Source of the DNA: an uncultured Clostridia bacterium
Lineage (GTDB): Bacteria; Bacillota; Clostridia; TANB77; CAG-465
Length of the DNA: 64,000 bases
Direction: 5' to 3'
NCBI GenBank assembly: GCA_948562205.1
Contig: CAOYAN010000008.1
Span: forward strand, 1,453-65,452
Under the pieces are notes generated by a model. That model worked only from the letters and a program-made list of their open reading frames with translations, had not been told where the DNA came from and did not search any database. A program made the position numbers and the translations under genes. Shown one piece after another: positions 1-11,840 of this stretch; position 1 is the first letter of the stretch, and each line of letters opens with the position of its first letter.

Positions 1-407
1 TGAAAATCTGTAAAATCTACTATACATACTCTCAAATTTTTAAACTTTTCATTTGTACTTATTTCATCATATATATCTATATTAAAATCATAATATTTAG
101 AAAAATTATAACTAGGAATAGATATAGTATAATTCTTACCTATAAAGTTTACTTCTTTTTTATTTTCCTTGATATACTCTATTGTTTTATTCCAAATTAA
201 CATATATTTAAAATTATAATATATATCTATTTCTTCTTCACTGCTAGATGTAATATATTTATATAATTTATAATTTCTAAAATTATATATACCAATTATT
301 ATACCAATAAATAAAAATGCTATAAGAAAAATAACAATAAGTATCTTAGTAATTTTTGACTTTTTCCCACCTTTTCTAGTAATATTATCTGCTTGTCCCT
401 TTTCCAT
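1..407 (-). CDS. hypothetical membrane-anchored protein, C-terminus runs off the window
   Basis: Own minus-strand translation: ATG at 405-407 follows an AAGGAGAGG RBS and the frame stays open to base 1 (MEKGQADNITRKGGKKSKITKILIVIFLIAFLFIGIIIG...). One N-terminal TM helix. Absent from the ORF track because there is no stop in the window. Confidence 0.6.
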   Translation of the reverse strand, partial: MEKGQADNITRKGGKKSKITKILIVIFLIAFLFIGIIIGIYNFRNYKLYKYITSSSEEEIDIYYNFKYMLIWNKTIEYIKENKKEVNFIGKNYTISIPSYNFSKYYDFNIDIYDEISTNEKFKNLRVCIVDFTDF

Positions 408-426
408 ATCAACCTCTCCTTATGCA

Positions 427-1089
427 TTAATTTAATTTCATTCCAAGTAACTTATATTTTCCATATTCACTAAATTTATTTCTTTCAATCTGATAAGTAA
501 TATTAAAAGATTTACTATCACTAATATAGTATTTAATCATAATTTCATAAGTATAATAATCTAATTCATTAAAATCTATTAAAACTTCTCTTTTATATGG
601 AGATATATCGCCATATATAGAAAGCAAAGCTATAAGTTTTTTATTACTATCAAAATAAATACTATTTTCTATATCTATACTACGATTACCAAAGAAAGAA
701 TAAATTACACTTTTAAGTGTTGCTTTATCAACATACCCCTTAGAATAATATATCGTACCATCTTTTTCATAATTATACTCGTCTTCAAAGTGTTCAATTT
801 TCCCCATAAATTCATTTTGATTACTAATAATATACTTTACTGCAATATCTATTATCTGTTCATCATTTAAGAGAAAATCTTTATTATCATATACTTGTAG
901 TGACTCTATTATATTTTTATCAAATGTTTTTACATATTCATATATTTCCTCTTTAATTTTATCATTTGCAGAATTTAAAGTCAATTCACTATCCACATAA
1001 TATAAACTGATATTTCCTAGCGAATAATATATTATATTCAAAATGACAAACACAGTTACTATAACATATAACAAAACATATTTTTTCAT
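427..1089 (-). CDS. hypothetical membrane-anchored protein
   Basis: ORF 427..1140. The internal ATG at 1089 (MKKYVLLYVIVTVF...) follows a GGTGG RBS, so I prefer the shorter start. Single N-terminal TM helix, no recognisable domain. Confidence 0.55.
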   Translation of the reverse strand: MKKYVLLYVIVTVFVILNIIYYSLGNISLYYVDSELTLNSANDKIKEEIYEYVKTFDKNIIESLQVYDNKDFLLNDEQIIDIAVKYIISNQNEFMGKIEHFEDEYNYEKDGTIYYSKGYVDKATLKSVIYSFFGNRSIDIENSIYFDSNKKLIALLSIYGDISPYKREVLIDFNELDYYTYEIMIKYYISDSKSFNITYQIERNKFSEYGKYKLLGMKLN

Positions 1090-1193
1090 ATATACCACCA
1101 ATAAAAATCTAACATAAAACTCATACTTATTACAATACATACGACAAAAATACTAGCTATTTGACAATAACTAGTATTTTATATATTCATATT

Positions 1194-1703
1194 TTAAAAC
1201 TTAAATCCACATTTTGCACAAAACTTAGCTTTTGACTCACAAATCTGTCCACAAGTTGGACATACTTTATCCTCATTTTTCTCTTCTTTTTTAGTTTCCT
1301 TTTTATTTTCTTTAATTTTTACTGGTTTTTGTTTTTCTCCACAGTTTTGACAAAATGTACTTGCTACAGGTATCATTTCCCCACAAGTATTACATACTCT
1401 TATACCCTTATTATATAGTATTTTAGTATTCATATCTAAAATTTCTAAATTACTTTTATCTATCTTTTTACACTCTTTAGTAAATACCTTACCTACATCT
1501 TCACCAGATTTATACATATCATATACAGTTTTTCCCATTTCTTTGTATATCTCCTCTATATCTGCCTCTTTATCAGATATAGCAAGTTTTAATTTTGTCT
1601 CTTCAATTAATTTACCAGATTTATCAGCAACAGTATTATATGTACTTGTAGCAGTACTACCAACAATTTTTGATATTTCTTCTATTTTTTTCATAAATTC
1701 CAT
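1194..1703 (-). CDS. double zinc-ribbon domain protein
   Basis: The C-terminal half carries two CxxC-x(10-12)-CxxC pairs (CNTCGEMIPVASTFCQNCG and CPTCGQICESKAKFCAKCG). GGGGGA RBS upstream of the ATG. Confidence 0.6.
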   Translation of the reverse strand: MEFMKKIEEISKIVGSTATSTYNTVADKSGKLIEETKLKLAISDKEADIEEIYKEMGKTVYDMYKSGEDVGKVFTKECKKIDKSNLEILDMNTKILYNKGIRVCNTCGEMIPVASTFCQNCGEKQKPVKIKENKKETKKEEKNEDKVCPTCGQICESKAKFCAKCGFKF

Positions 1704-1758
1704 GATTATTCCCCCTTATATTACTATATAACACAAGAATAAAAAATATTCAACATAC

Positions 1759-4188
1759 CTATTTAGATTTAATTACAATTTTATCATCTATATAGTCAAT
1801 TTCTACGCTACTATTATCTTTTATCTTACTATCTAATATTGCTTCAGCAAAAGCATCCTCAATATGTGATTGTATAGCTCTTTTAAGAGGTCTTGCGCCA
1901 TAAGTTTCATCAAAACCTACTTTACTAATATAGCTTACTACATTATCAGTTATATTAACCTTTATATTACGAGCCTTAGCTCTTTGTATAAACTCATCTA
2001 GCATAATCTTTGTTATTTTCTCTACATTTTCATGGTTTAATTTCTTAAATACTATAATATCATCTAATCTGTTTAAAAATTCAGGTCTAAATATCTTTTT
2101 TAATTCATCCATTACTTGAGTCTTTGTTTTTTCATATTCCCTTTCTTTATCTTCTTTAGTCACAAAGCCAATTGAATGTTTTTCAACAATATTTCTTGCC
2201 CCAGCATTTGAAGTCATTATAATTACTGTATTTTTAAAGCTAACTGTTCTACCATTCGAATCTGTTAATCTACCATCATCTAAAATCTGTAATAATACAT
2301 TAAATACATCTGGATGTGCTTTTTCTATTTCATCAAACAAAATTATACTATATGGTTTACGTCTTACTTGTTCTGTTAATTGTCCACCATCATCAAATCC
2401 AACATATCCTGGAGGTGCACCTATAAGTTTTGATACACTATGGGGCTCCATATACTCTGACATATCAAGTCTTATCATAGAATTTTCACTACCAAATAAA
2501 TTATGTGCTAGTGATTTAGTAAGTTCTGTTTTACCAACACCAGTAGGTCCAAGTAACATAAATGATCCAATAGGTCTATTCTCATCTTTTAGTCCCACTC
2601 TTGCTCTTTTTATAGCTCTAGCTAAACTATCTACTGCTTCATCTTGCCCAATTACTCTTTTCTTTAGATTATCATTTAAATCTTTTAGTTTTTGAGCTTC
2701 TGTTTCAGTAAGTTTACTAATAGGTATTTTTGTCCACTCTGATATAACATTACAAATATCTTCTTCTGTTACAGATACTTCCATATCACGATTTTTCTTT
2801 TCCCATTTTTCCTTTTCTTTAGATAATTTTTCCTTTAATTCTTTTTCTTTATCTCTACAACTTGCAGCCATTTCAAAAGACTGAGAAATTATTGCTTCTT
2901 CTTTTTCTTTAGATAGCTTTTCTATATCTTTTTCAATTTTTGATATATTTTTTGGCATAGTTATAGTTTTAAGTTTTACTTTTGAACACGCCTCATCTAT
3001 TAAATCAATTGCCTTGTCTGGCAAAAATCTATCATTTATATATCTTTGAGATAATATAACTGCACTATTTATTGCCTTATCACTAATTTTTACTTTATGA
3101 TGAGCCTCATATTTATCTTTTAATCCCTTTAATATTTTTATACTATCTTCTGTATTTGGCTCATCTACTACTACACTTTGAAATCTTCTCTCTAGTGCAC
3201 TATCCTTTTCTATATACTTTCTATACTCATTTAGAGTAGTAGCTCCTATAATTTGTACCTCTCCTCGTGATAATAAAGGCTTTAATATATTTGCTGCATC
3301 CATAGCACCTTCTGCTGATCCAGCACCAATTATTGTATGTAATTCATCTATAAAAAGTATTACATTTCCATCCTTTTGAATTTCTTGTAAAGATTTTTTA
3401 AGTCTCTCTTCAAAATCACCTCTATATTTTGCACCTGCAATCATAGATGACATATCAAGTGTTACAATTCTTTTATTTTTCAAAACTTCTGGAACATTAC
3501 CATTTACGATCATTTGTGCAAGTCCCTCTACAACAGCGGTTTTACCAACTCCAGGCTCACCAATAAGTACAGGATTATTTTTTGTTCTCCTACTTAATAT
3601 TTCTATTACTCTTTGTATTTCACTACCTCTCCCAATAACTGGATCTAATTTATTTTGTTTTGCAAATGAAGTCAAATCCTTTCCATACTGATTAAGAGTA
3701 GGAGTATATGATACATTTCCATCACCAAATTCTTCACTTGAATTACTAGTTGGAGACTCATCACTAAGCAGTCTTAATAAATCTGTAAAGATTTTTTGAG
3801 GATCTATATTTGCATCAATTAATATTCTTACAGCAACACTATCAATTTCTCTCATAAGGGAAAGTAATATATGTTCTGTTCCAACATAGTTTTGACCCAT
3901 TTTTTTAGATTCTCTTACACTATTTTCTATAATTCTTTTAGCTCTAGGTGTAAATTCTACATTCTCGCTCATAGTACTCATTATTCCATCTATTTTTATT
4001 ATTTCATCTGCTATGTATTCACTAGTTATTCCTTGTTTTGATAATATTTTACTTGCAAGACCTTCTCCTTCTTCTACAAGTCCATACAATATATGCTCAG
4101 TTCCTATAAAAGAATAATTATTTTCTATTGAAAATTCTTTTGCAAGTTCTAATACTTTACTTGCTCTACCTGTAAACTCATACATCAT
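1759..4188 (-). CDS. clpC: ATP-dependent Clp protease ATP-binding subunit ClpC
   Basis: 809 aa. Clp-N repeats at the N-terminus, two Walker A motifs ([18 protein letters not shown]) and a UVR-like linker. Last gene of a ctsR-mcsA-mcsB-clpC operon. Confidence 0.95.
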   Translation of the reverse strand: MMYEFTGRASKVLELAKEFSIENNYSFIGTEHILYGLVEEGEGLASKILSKQGITSEYIADEIIKIDGIMSTMSENVEFTPRAKRIIENSVRESKKMGQNYVGTEHILLSLMREIDSVAVRILIDANIDPQKIFTDLLRLLSDESPTSNSSEEFGDGNVSYTPTLNQYGKDLTSFAKQNKLDPVIGRGSEIQRVIEILSRRTKNNPVLIGEPGVGKTAVVEGLAQMIVNGNVPEVLKNKRIVTLDMSSMIAGAKYRGDFEERLKKSLQEIQKDGNVILFIDELHTIIGAGSAEGAMDAANILKPLLSRGEVQIIGATTLNEYRKYIEKDSALERRFQSVVVDEPNTEDSIKILKGLKDKYEAHHKVKISDKAINSAVILSQRYINDRFLPDKAIDLIDEACSKVKLKTITMPKNISKIEKDIEKLSKEKEEAIISQSFEMAASCRDKEKELKEKLSKEKEKWEKKNRDMEVSVTEEDICNVISEWTKIPISKLTETEAQKLKDLNDNLKKRVIGQDEAVDSLARAIKRARVGLKDENRPIGSFMLLGPTGVGKTELTKSLAHNLFGSENSMIRLDMSEYMEPHSVSKLIGAPPGYVGFDDGGQLTEQVRRKPYSIILFDEIEKAHPDVFNVLLQILDDGRLTDSNGRTVSFKNTVIIMTSNAGARNIVEKHSIGFVTKEDKEREYEKTKTQVMDELKKIFRPEFLNRLDDIIVFKKLNHENVEKITKIMLDEFIQRAKARNIKVNITDNVVSYISKVGFDETYGARPLKRAIQSHIEDAFAEAILDSKIKDNSSVEIDYIDDKIVIKSK

Positions 4189-5186
4189 TTCTCAAGCTCC
4201 TTTCTTATAAATCTTGCTCTTTTTTCATTTTCTTCATCCCTATCAAATTCTTCTTTTAATATTGTACTAAGAGTACTAGATAGAGTAGAGTTCATTAAAG
4301 TTTGTACTTTTTCTAAATTTATATCTTTGATTATTCCAACAGATACACCAAACCTTAATTTAGACATTAGTTTTATACTTTCTTCTTCATCAATTATTCT
4401 AGCATTTTTTAAAACTCCATATGCTCTATACACTTCGTTTTCAATTACTAACCTATTATTTTTAAGTAATATTTTTCTTGCATCTTTTTCTTGCTCTATT
4501 ATAGTATGTATAATTGCATTCATATTATTAATTATATCCTCATCGCTTGCTCCAAGTGTTTTTCTATTAGATATTTGATAAATATAGCCATAACTATTAG
4601 TATTTTCTCCATAAAGACCTCTTACAGAAAGTCCTATACTTACTGCTTGATCTAACAGTTTGTTTAATAGTCTAAGTTTTGCAAGACCTGGTAAATGTAA
4701 CATAACTGATACTCTAAGCCCAGTACCTATACAAGTTGGACAGGCAGTTATATAACCATAATTATCATTTTGTGCAAACTCTAAATTTTTAGAAATATCT
4801 TTTGTAAACTTTAATAAATTATCATAACAACTATCAATATTTAAACCACTTTCAAATGATTGAATTCTTAAATGATCTTCTTCATTTATCATAGCTACAA
4901 GTCTACAATCATCGTTTGTTATAATTGCACTATTTGTATCATCTATTATTTCCTTTGAGATTAAATGTTTTTCTGCAAGACTACCTTTTGTATGTACATC
5001 TATATCTTTTAGTCGCAACACATTATATTTTTTCTTATCAATACTATTTTCTATTTTTTCTATAATTTTTTCCTTTTCTTTTTTATTCATCATATTAGGA
5101 AATTTTTCATCTTTAATATTTCTTGCATATCTTATTCTTGTAGAAATAACTACATCTGAATTTTTAGAAACTTCATTATACCACAT
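4185..5186 (-). CDS. mcsB: protein arginine kinase McsB (ATP:guanido phosphotransferase)
   Basis: 333 aa with guanidino-kinase-like sequence ([19 protein letters not shown]). Its stop overlaps the clpC start (ATGA). Canonical operon position. Confidence 0.9.
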   Translation of the reverse strand: MWYNEVSKNSDVVISTRIRYARNIKDEKFPNMMNKKEKEKIIEKIENSIDKKKYNVLRLKDIDVHTKGSLAEKHLISKEIIDDTNSAIITNDDCRLVAMINEEDHLRIQSFESGLNIDSCYDNLLKFTKDISKNLEFAQNDNYGYITACPTCIGTGLRVSVMLHLPGLAKLRLLNKLLDQAVSIGLSVRGLYGENTNSYGYIYQISNRKTLGASDEDIINNMNAIIHTIIEQEKDARKILLKNNRLVIENEVYRAYGVLKNARIIDEEESIKLMSKLRFGVSVGIIKDINLEKVQTLMNSTLSSTLSTILKEEFDRDEENEKRARFIRKELEK

Positions 5187-5194
5187 AATTACAC

Positions 5195-5677
5195 CTACCT
5201 TTTCTCTATTTTCTTTATTTTATCACGTACAGTTGCTGCCTCTTCATATTTTTCTTCTTTTACTAACTTTTCTAGTTTTTGTTTTAGTATATTAATATCA
5301 TTTTCATTATTATTAGCACTACTATTATTTTCATTTAATTTTTTTACATTTTTTATATGTCTATTTTTTCCGTGAATTTTTAATAATAAATTATCTACAC
5401 TATCTTCAAATACATCATAACAATGATCACATCCAAAAAGTCCAGTCTTTTTATAATCATCTAATGTATATCCACATTTATCACACTTTACTTCTTCTAT
5501 AAAGTTTGGAAACTCAGAAAACATAGTTGTAAACATTGGTGCAAATGAATTAGAAAGATTAATAACACCTAATTTTTCAGCACATTCATAACAAAGATTT
5601 AGTTCCTGCTTTTTGCCATTAATATTTTCACTATATTTAATATTTGCTTCTCTCTTTTTACAATTATTACATTTCAT
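5195..5677 (-). CDS. mcsA: McsA, protein arginine kinase activator (zinc fingers plus UVR motif)
   Basis: N-terminal CxxC clusters and a C-terminal UVR motif (YEEAATVRDKIKKIE). I moved the start to the ATG at 5677, downstream of an AAGGAG RBS; the track start is a GTG inside that RBS. Confidence 0.85.
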   Translation of the reverse strand: MKCNNCKKREANIKYSENINGKKQELNLCYECAEKLGVINLSNSFAPMFTTMFSEFPNFIEEVKCDKCGYTLDDYKKTGLFGCDHCYDVFEDSVDNLLLKIHGKNRHIKNVKKLNENNSSANNNENDINILKQKLEKLVKEEKYEEAATVRDKIKKIEKR

Positions 5678-5689
5678 AAAACTCACTCC

Positions 5690-6136
5690 TTATACTAAAT
5701 TAATAATTAAATGTTTAAAAATGTCTGCTCTAACAAAATCTCTTTTAGATGTATCAACTTGATTTAGACTTTTATCAGATACAGCAATTTTTATTAAGTC
5801 TGCCTCTCTACTAGTTATAACATTATATCTTACAAACTCTTTCAAGTAAATGTCTACGACACTTTGTGACATTTTTCGACCTATCTTTTCTATAATCTTA
5901 GATAAATACATAGACTTACTTAGATCAATTTTATTAATCCTAATATAGCCCCCTCCACCTCGTCTACTTTCAACGGAAAATCCAAGTTCTGGTATAAATC
6001 TTGTTGATATAACATAATTTATTTGAGATGGAACACAGTTAAACCTATTTGCAAGCTCACTTCTACTAAGTTCAACACTTTCTTCATCTGCTATTATATC
6101 TCTTATATACTCTTCTATCATATCTGATATTTTCAT
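5690..6136 (-). CDS. ctsR: class III stress gene repressor CtsR
   Basis: 148 aa. Typical CtsR N-terminus (ISDMIEEYIR..., RRGGGGYIRI glycine loop). First gene of the clpC operon. Confidence 0.92.
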   Translation of the reverse strand: MKISDMIEEYIRDIIADEESVELSRSELANRFNCVPSQINYVISTRFIPELGFSVESRRGGGGYIRINKIDLSKSMYLSKIIEKIGRKMSQSVVDIYLKEFVRYNVITSREADLIKIAVSDKSLNQVDTSKRDFVRADIFKHLIINLV

Positions 6137-6155
6137 TTCCTCACCTCTTTTTAAC

Positions 6156-6201
6156 TTTGACTTTCTTTGACTATTATATTACAAAAAATGTACTTTGTCA
6201 A
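6156..6201 (-). promoter_or_regulatory. sigma-A promoter plus CtsR operator of the ctsR-clpC operon
   Basis: Minus strand reads TTGACA (6196-6201), 17 nt, TATAAT (6173-6178), then directly AGTCAAAGAAAGTCAAA (6156-6172). This matches the CtsR heptad direct repeat RGTCAAA-NAN-RGTCAAA. Confidence 0.9.
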
Positions 6202-6222
6202 GTACACTTCTTTAAATCATTA

Positions 6223-6885
6223 TTATACAATATCTAAAATTTCGTCCATAGATTTAATAATATAATCAGGTTCTATTAAAATCTCCTCTTTTTTCTTCCA
6301 CTTATTTTCTATATTTTGATCAAACCAAATAGTATCCATTCCCAAAATCTTAGCACCTGATAAATCCTCTAATAATTCATCACTTACAAATGCTATTTTT
6401 GAATATTCATTTTTAGGTATATCCTCAAAAGCCTTAACATACACTTTTATATTCGGTTTTCTTTCTCCTACTTCTTCAGATATTATAATTTTCTTGAAAT
6501 ATTTTTTTATATCTTCACGTTCTAAAATATAATTAACATTTCTAATAGAATTATTACTAATAATTCCTAAATAATATCCTTTTTCATATAATTTCGTTAT
6601 TATACTTTTAGTCTCATCATCTAATATATGTGAATTTAAAAGTAACATATCAATTTTTTCAAGGTCTTCCTTTGATATATTTAAAATTAATGATAATTCT
6701 TCATATATTTCTCTTTCTGATATTTTCCCAAGCGAATTTAATATTTGATAATTTTTCCATTTTTTAAATATATCATTCCACACTAAATTATATTTACTAA
6801 GTATTGAATTTATTTCATTATCTACATTTTTAAATTTACTAATTAGTGTATAACCCCAATCGAAAAATACATATTTATACTTCAT
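6223..6885 (-). CDS. HAD-superfamily hydrolase
   Basis: 220 aa. Motif I-like FFDWGYTL at the N-terminus (second Asp replaced by Gly), SNN motif II region, C-terminal FVSDE. Family level only. Confidence 0.6.
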   Translation of the reverse strand: MKYKYVFFDWGYTLISKFKNVDNEINSILSKYNLVWNDIFKKWKNYQILNSLGKISEREIYEELSLILNISKEDLEKIDMLLLNSHILDDETKSIITKLYEKGYYLGIISNNSIRNVNYILEREDIKKYFKKIIISEEVGERKPNIKVYVKAFEDIPKNEYSKIAFVSDELLEDLSGAKILGMDTIWFDQNIENKWKKKEEILIEPDYIIKSMDEILDIV

Positions 6886-6888
6886 AAT

Positions 6889-7395
6889 TTACTCCCTTAA
6901 TTTATTATTTCTAATAGCAAATATAAATATTGGAGCTATAGCAGTACCTGTAAGTACTGTAAATACTGTCATAATTACAGCCTTATCACTAAACTTTTTA
7001 TAAAGTTTATGATATGCTATATACATTAATACTGATACTGCAATACAATATATTGCAACTATAATACCAAATATTATTAATGGAATGTATACTATCTCAG
7101 AATTTGCAAATTCTTCAGTAAAAGTCATAAGTATTCCTAATATAATTCCAAGTAATGATGATATACCATTAGATATTACAAGTAATATTCCAGCAGTATT
7201 ATTTATTCCAAGTTTGCCTAACATATATTGACTAGCATAAGGTATCCATGAAAGCCATGGTGCTTTCTCTCCCATAGTCTCACCCATTTTCATTAAACCA
7301 AAACCAGTAAATACATAGTTCATAATTGAAATCATTGATCCTACAATAGCAAAACACATTAAAAATGCTGATGCAAACAAAACAGAAATTACCAT
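6889..7395 (-). CDS. hypothetical polytopic membrane protein
   Basis: 168 aa with 4-5 hydrophobic helices. Tightly packed between rpoD and the HAD gene. Confidence 0.55.
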   Translation of the reverse strand: MVISVLFASAFLMCFAIVGSMISIMNYVFTGFGLMKMGETMGEKAPWLSWIPYASQYMLGKLGINNTAGILLVISNGISSLLGIILGILMTFTEEFANSEIVYIPLIIFGIIVAIYCIAVSVLMYIAYHKLYKKFSDKAVIMTVFTVLTGTAIAPIFIFAIRNNKLRE

Positions 7396-7405
7396 CTAAT
7401 ACCTC

Positions 7406-8743
7406 CTATGACTCAGAATTCATGAAGTCTTTTAATCTTTTACTACGACTTGGATGTCTTAGTTTTCTTAAAGCCTTAGCTTCAATTTGTCTAATACGCT
7501 CACGAGTTACATCAAATTCTCTACCTACTTCTTCCAATGTTCTCATTCTTCCATCTTGTAGACCAAATCTTAATTTTAACACCTTAGCTTCTCTTGGAGT
7601 AAGTGTCTCCATTACTTCTTCAATATGTTCTCTAAGTAGTACATCTGCTGCTTGTTCAGATGGAGATGGTGCATCTTCATCTGGTATAAAGTTACCTAGA
7701 TTACTTTCGTCTTCTTCACCAACTGGTGTTTCAAGAGAGATTGGCTCTTGTGCAACTTTCATAACTTCTCTTACTTTTTCAACAGGCATCTCTAATTCTT
7801 GTGCTACTTCTTCTGGTGTTGGCTCTCTACCTAAAGTTTGTAATAGATGTCTTGATGTTCTAATTAATTTATTTATTGTCTCAACCATATGTACAGGTAT
7901 TCTTATAGTTCTTGCTTGATCTGCAATTGCTCTAGTTATTGCTTGTCTTATCCACCATGTAGCATATGTACTAAATTTAAATCCTTTTGATTGATCAAAT
8001 TTATCAACAGCTTTTATAAGACCTAAATTTCCTTCTTGTATTAAATCAAGGAAATGCATACCTCTACCAATATATTTTTTAGCAATACTTACAACAAGTC
8101 TTAAATTCGATTCAATAAGTTGTTTTTTAGCTTCTTTATCCCCCTTTAGCATTTTCTCAGCAAGTATATTTTCTTCTTCATATGTAAGAAGTCTTATCTT
8201 ACCTATTTCTTTTAAAAACATTTTTACAGGATCATCAACATTTAAATTTTCTACAAAAGACATATCTTTCATATCTTGAAATAACATATCTTTTTCTATT
8301 TCATCAATGTCTTCTAAGTTAGGCTCAATATCTAATTCTGCCATAGAAGATACTGTTTCTGTACTTACTGTAACTGTATCATCATCTTCCTCTTCATCAT
8401 CTTTAATATCAGACACAGCAGCATATTTTTTTAAGTTTTTTTCTTGTTCATTATCTTCTAATATAATATTTATATTAGCATTTGATAATTCATCATATAT
8501 TTTACTAACTTGTTCAGGTGTAAAGTCTTCATCACTTAGGAAGTTTACCATATCTTTATATGTTACAGTATTATCTTTTACTGCTTTTTTAATAAATTCT
8601 GCTACCTTTTCTTTTTGTTTATCATTCATTTTAGTAGAATTACTTGTACTATTTTTTTCACTATTAGCTATATATTTATTTGATTTAGCTATTAATTCAT
8701 TATTATTTTTTTCATTTTCATTTAATTTTGTACTTTTATCCAT
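7406..8743 (-). CDS. rpoD: RNA polymerase primary sigma factor (sigma-A / RpoD)
   Basis: 445 aa. Acidic region 1, conserved regions 2-4 ([57 protein letters not shown]). Directly downstream of dnaG. Confidence 0.97.
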   Translation of the reverse strand: MDKSTKLNENEKNNNELIAKSNKYIANSEKNSTSNSTKMNDKQKEKVAEFIKKAVKDNTVTYKDMVNFLSDEDFTPEQVSKIYDELSNANINIILEDNEQEKNLKKYAAVSDIKDDEEEDDDTVTVSTETVSSMAELDIEPNLEDIDEIEKDMLFQDMKDMSFVENLNVDDPVKMFLKEIGKIRLLTYEEENILAEKMLKGDKEAKKQLIESNLRLVVSIAKKYIGRGMHFLDLIQEGNLGLIKAVDKFDQSKGFKFSTYATWWIRQAITRAIADQARTIRIPVHMVETINKLIRTSRHLLQTLGREPTPEEVAQELEMPVEKVREVMKVAQEPISLETPVGEEDESNLGNFIPDEDAPSPSEQAADVLLREHIEEVMETLTPREAKVLKLRFGLQDGRMRTLEEVGREFDVTRERIRQIEAKALRKLRHPSRSKRLKDFMNSES

Positions 8744-8763
8744 TTATTTAAAACTTCCTTTCA

Positions 8764-10575
8764 TTACTTTAACTTAGATAATTCAACTATAATTTGATTT
8801 AATTCAAGTTGTAATATCTCCATCTCATCTTTTGAAATATTTTGACTAGTTCTTTTTAAAATTTCGTCTCTTCTCATATATAATCTTTCCTTATTTTTAT
8901 TTTTTAATACATCTTGAAGTAATTTTTCTTTATCTACACCTGAAATATCGATATACATTATATCAGTCATTTCCCTTACTAAATCCTCATCTTGTATTTT
9001 TGATAAAATATCTATTTTATTAATATCATATTTATCTTTTAATTCTATAAGGAATTTATATGCCTTTTTTACATTTTCATCATAAATATCATTTAAACTT
9101 ACTTTATCAAAAATAAGTTTTTGAATATTTCTATCTTTACTTAAAATTAAAGCTACTATATATTGTTCTTGACGTTTTCTAATATTTGTTACAAGTTGCA
9201 TCTTTTTATTTATGCTTTGCATATCAATTACAACATCATTTGAACTTACATTTTTTAATCTTTTTTCTATTTCTGCAATTATTGGGCCTGTACCCATCCT
9301 ATACTTTCTTGCAATTTTGTCTATATATAAATCTCTTTCTATATTATTGTCAATCTTAGATAATATATTTGCTACTTCTGTTAAAAATTTAACTTTAGAG
9401 TCTAAATCCTCAAGATTTAATGCTTTTTCTAATTTTGATACTTTAAACTCAACTAAAGATATAGCATTTTCGATACATTTTTTATACCTCTCAGCACCAT
9501 ATTTATTTATATATTCATCTGGGTCTTTTACGTCATCTTTATCTAAAATTAATACTTTTACATTTAATTTTTGAGAAACTAATATATCCATACCTCTAAG
9601 AGTAGCATCTTGTCCAGCTCCATCTTGATCATAACCTATTATAACATTGTCTGTATATTTTTTAATTAGCCTTGCTTGGGACTCTGTAAGAGCAGTTCCA
9701 AGAGAGGCAACAGCATTTGTAAAGCCACTCTTTTGAAGTGCTATAGCATCCATATAACCTTCAACAATTATTATATTATCTAGTTTTTCTCTTTTAGCAA
9801 AATTTAAAGCATACAGCATTTTACCTTTATGATAAATCTCATTTTCTGGAGAATTTACATATTTAGGTAGTGATTTATCTAAGACTCTTCCACCAAAAGC
9901 TATTGTCCTATCTCTTATATCAAATATTGGGAATATAAGCCTTGAATAAAACCTATCATATACTCTTCCATTACTATTTTGAATAACTATTCCAGAAGCT
10001 AATATATCCTTTTTACTAAAGCCTAATTTTATCAAATGATCATATAATGGTTCCTTTCCATTTGCATAACCTATACCAAATTTATTTATTGTTCTTGCAT
10101 CTAATTTTCTCTTAATTATATAATCTTTTATTAAACTTTTTTCTTCTTTTAAAATTTCAACTAAATTATTGTGATAATAAAGTCCTACTTCTTTATTTAT
10201 CTTAAATAAAGTATCTTTTAAATCTTTTTTAGATTCCATTTTATTATTATAATATGTTTTAACTTCAAATCTTTCTGTATCAATATGGGCTCTTTCAGCC
10301 AAAAGTTCTATTGCATCCCAAAATTCCAAATTTTCTACTTTCATAACAAATGAAATAACATTTCCACCTTCAGAACATCCAAAACACTTAAAGATCTGTT
10401 TGTCCATCGATACACAAAAAGAAGGTGTCTTCTCTCTATGAAAGGGACAAAGACCCATATAGTTTCTACCACTCTTTTTTAATGATACATATTCTCCAAT
10501 AACATCAACAATATCATTTTGAGATATTACTTCTTCAATTAAATCTTCTGAGTAATATGCCACTTTCACACTCAC
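8764..10575 (-). CDS. dnaG: DNA primase DnaG
   Basis: Zinc-ribbon CPFHREKTPSFCVSMDKQIFKCFGC, TOPRIM (VEGYMD, DQDGAGQ). The true start may be the GTG at 10563, because the track start lies inside the GGAAGGTGAG RBS. Confidence 0.93.
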   Translation of the reverse strand: MSVKVAYYSEDLIEEVISQNDIVDVIGEYVSLKKSGRNYMGLCPFHREKTPSFCVSMDKQIFKCFGCSEGGNVISFVMKVENLEFWDAIELLAERAHIDTERFEVKTYYNNKMESKKDLKDTLFKINKEVGLYYHNNLVEILKEEKSLIKDYIIKRKLDARTINKFGIGYANGKEPLYDHLIKLGFSKKDILASGIVIQNSNGRVYDRFYSRLIFPIFDIRDRTIAFGGRVLDKSLPKYVNSPENEIYHKGKMLYALNFAKREKLDNIIIVEGYMDAIALQKSGFTNAVASLGTALTESQARLIKKYTDNVIIGYDQDGAGQDATLRGMDILVSQKLNVKVLILDKDDVKDPDEYINKYGAERYKKCIENAISLVEFKVSKLEKALNLEDLDSKVKFLTEVANILSKIDNNIERDLYIDKIARKYRMGTGPIIAEIEKRLKNVSSNDVVIDMQSINKKMQLVTNIRKRQEQYIVALILSKDRNIQKLIFDKVSLNDIYDENVKKAYKFLIELKDKYDINKIDILSKIQDEDLVREMTDIMYIDISGVDKEKLLQDVLKNKNKERLYMRRDEILKRTSQNISKDEMEILQLELNQIIVELSKLK

Positions 10576-10586
10576 CTTCCCAAAAT

Positions 10587-11816
10587 TTATGAAACAAGAA
10601 GTTTAATTCTTTCTTCTCGATTATAATATATATTAGTAGTATTTACAATAGCAATTAAAACAAGCATTATACTAAATAAAGGCTGATAATAATATATATT
10701 AATATTTAATACTACTGTAGACATATATAACAAAATAAATATAAGTTTTATTACAGTAGATTTTGTATCATACCTTCTTTTTAAAATTATAGCAAGCACT
10801 TCCATAAACAAAATATATACAAATAGTATCATATAATATGTCTTAGATAAACTTACAAAATTTTTTGTGCAACTCTTTATATTTTCAAAAGAAAAATTAT
10901 AACTTCCGTTAAAATTAATACTTTTTATATTCTCAAATATTTGTATATTGCTTATTTTATTTAATATAAATGAAAAAACATATACAAATAATGCTACAAC
11001 AATACTTGTAATGATTATTGAAATAATAAGCTTACTTATATTAATTCTTTCAATCTTAAGTATACCATCTTTTCTTTTTTTACTTACATTTTTAGTAATC
11101 TTACTTGAAAAGTTAAAATGAGTACTATCCAAATTAGATGTTATAAATATAGAAATAACTGCAACTACTCCCCATATTTTAACATCCACTCCAAAAAAGG
11201 AAGTAAATGATATAACTATTCCTAATATAATTGCTAAATTTATATATCGTTTATTTTTAATTCCTCTTTGCTTTAATTCATCAATAAGTTTTTGCATAAC
11301 ATATATAGCAAGTAAAACACTAAATTCTAAAAATACAGAATTAAATAATATGCTCTTATCATCTATTACATTAAGCAACATAGAATGTGAAAACATTCCA
11401 AGAACAGATAACATATCACTTTTTGATACATTAAATATTATTCGCTTTACTACAAACCCTGTAAATACTGACATAACAATATATATTAATAATGATATTT
11501 TAGAAAAAGTATTTATTTTATTTATAATTAATAATAAACTAAGCGCAATAATGATAATTGTAATATAAATATATCTATATATAAGGGAAATTTTCCTTTT
11601 TACTTTTACTCTATATAATTTTTCCTTTATGTACATATATATTAATACTAACGATATTAAAATTGCAACATAGATTAGTTTAGCAACATTGGAAGTTACA
11701 TTTGATGTAACTTCCATATTACTATTCATAACTCTAATATCAATAAAACTAAAAAATATAATCATTACTACAAATAATGCTACTACTATACTACGTGATA
11801 TTTTACTTAAACTCAT
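10587..11816 (-). CDS. hypothetical polytopic membrane protein (about 10 TM)
   Basis: 409 aa, almost entirely hydrophobic helices. No motif I can name. Confidence 0.5.
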   Translation of the reverse strand: MSLSKISRSIVVALFVVMIIFFSFIDIRVMNSNMEVTSNVTSNVAKLIYVAILISLVLIYMYIKEKLYRVKVKRKISLIYRYIYITIIIIALSLLLIINKINTFSKISLLIYIVMSVFTGFVVKRIIFNVSKSDMLSVLGMFSHSMLLNVIDDKSILFNSVFLEFSVLLAIYVMQKLIDELKQRGIKNKRYINLAIILGIVISFTSFFGVDVKIWGVVAVISIFITSNLDSTHFNFSSKITKNVSKKRKDGILKIERINISKLIISIIITSIVVALFVYVFSFILNKISNIQIFENIKSINFNGSYNFSFENIKSCTKNFVSLSKTYYMILFVYILFMEVLAIILKRRYDTKSTVIKLIFILLYMSTVVLNINIYYYQPLFSIMLVLIAIVNTTNIYYNREERIKLLVS

Positions 11817-11840
11817 TATTAATTACCTACTTTTTATATA

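Noticed and set aside
7365-8777. Plus-strand ORFs 7365..7919 and 8307..8777, and the similar ORFs 9212..9574, 15298..15717, 16969..17271, 17865..18341, 19312..19656, 21547..21894 and 35750..36100.
   Set aside because: All lie antisense inside well-supported minus-strand genes (rpoD, dnaG, ATPase, gpr, trmFO, groEL). They translate to Ser/Phe/Ile/Leu-rich low-complexity strings and lack an RBS. They are shadow ORFs of an AT-rich genome.
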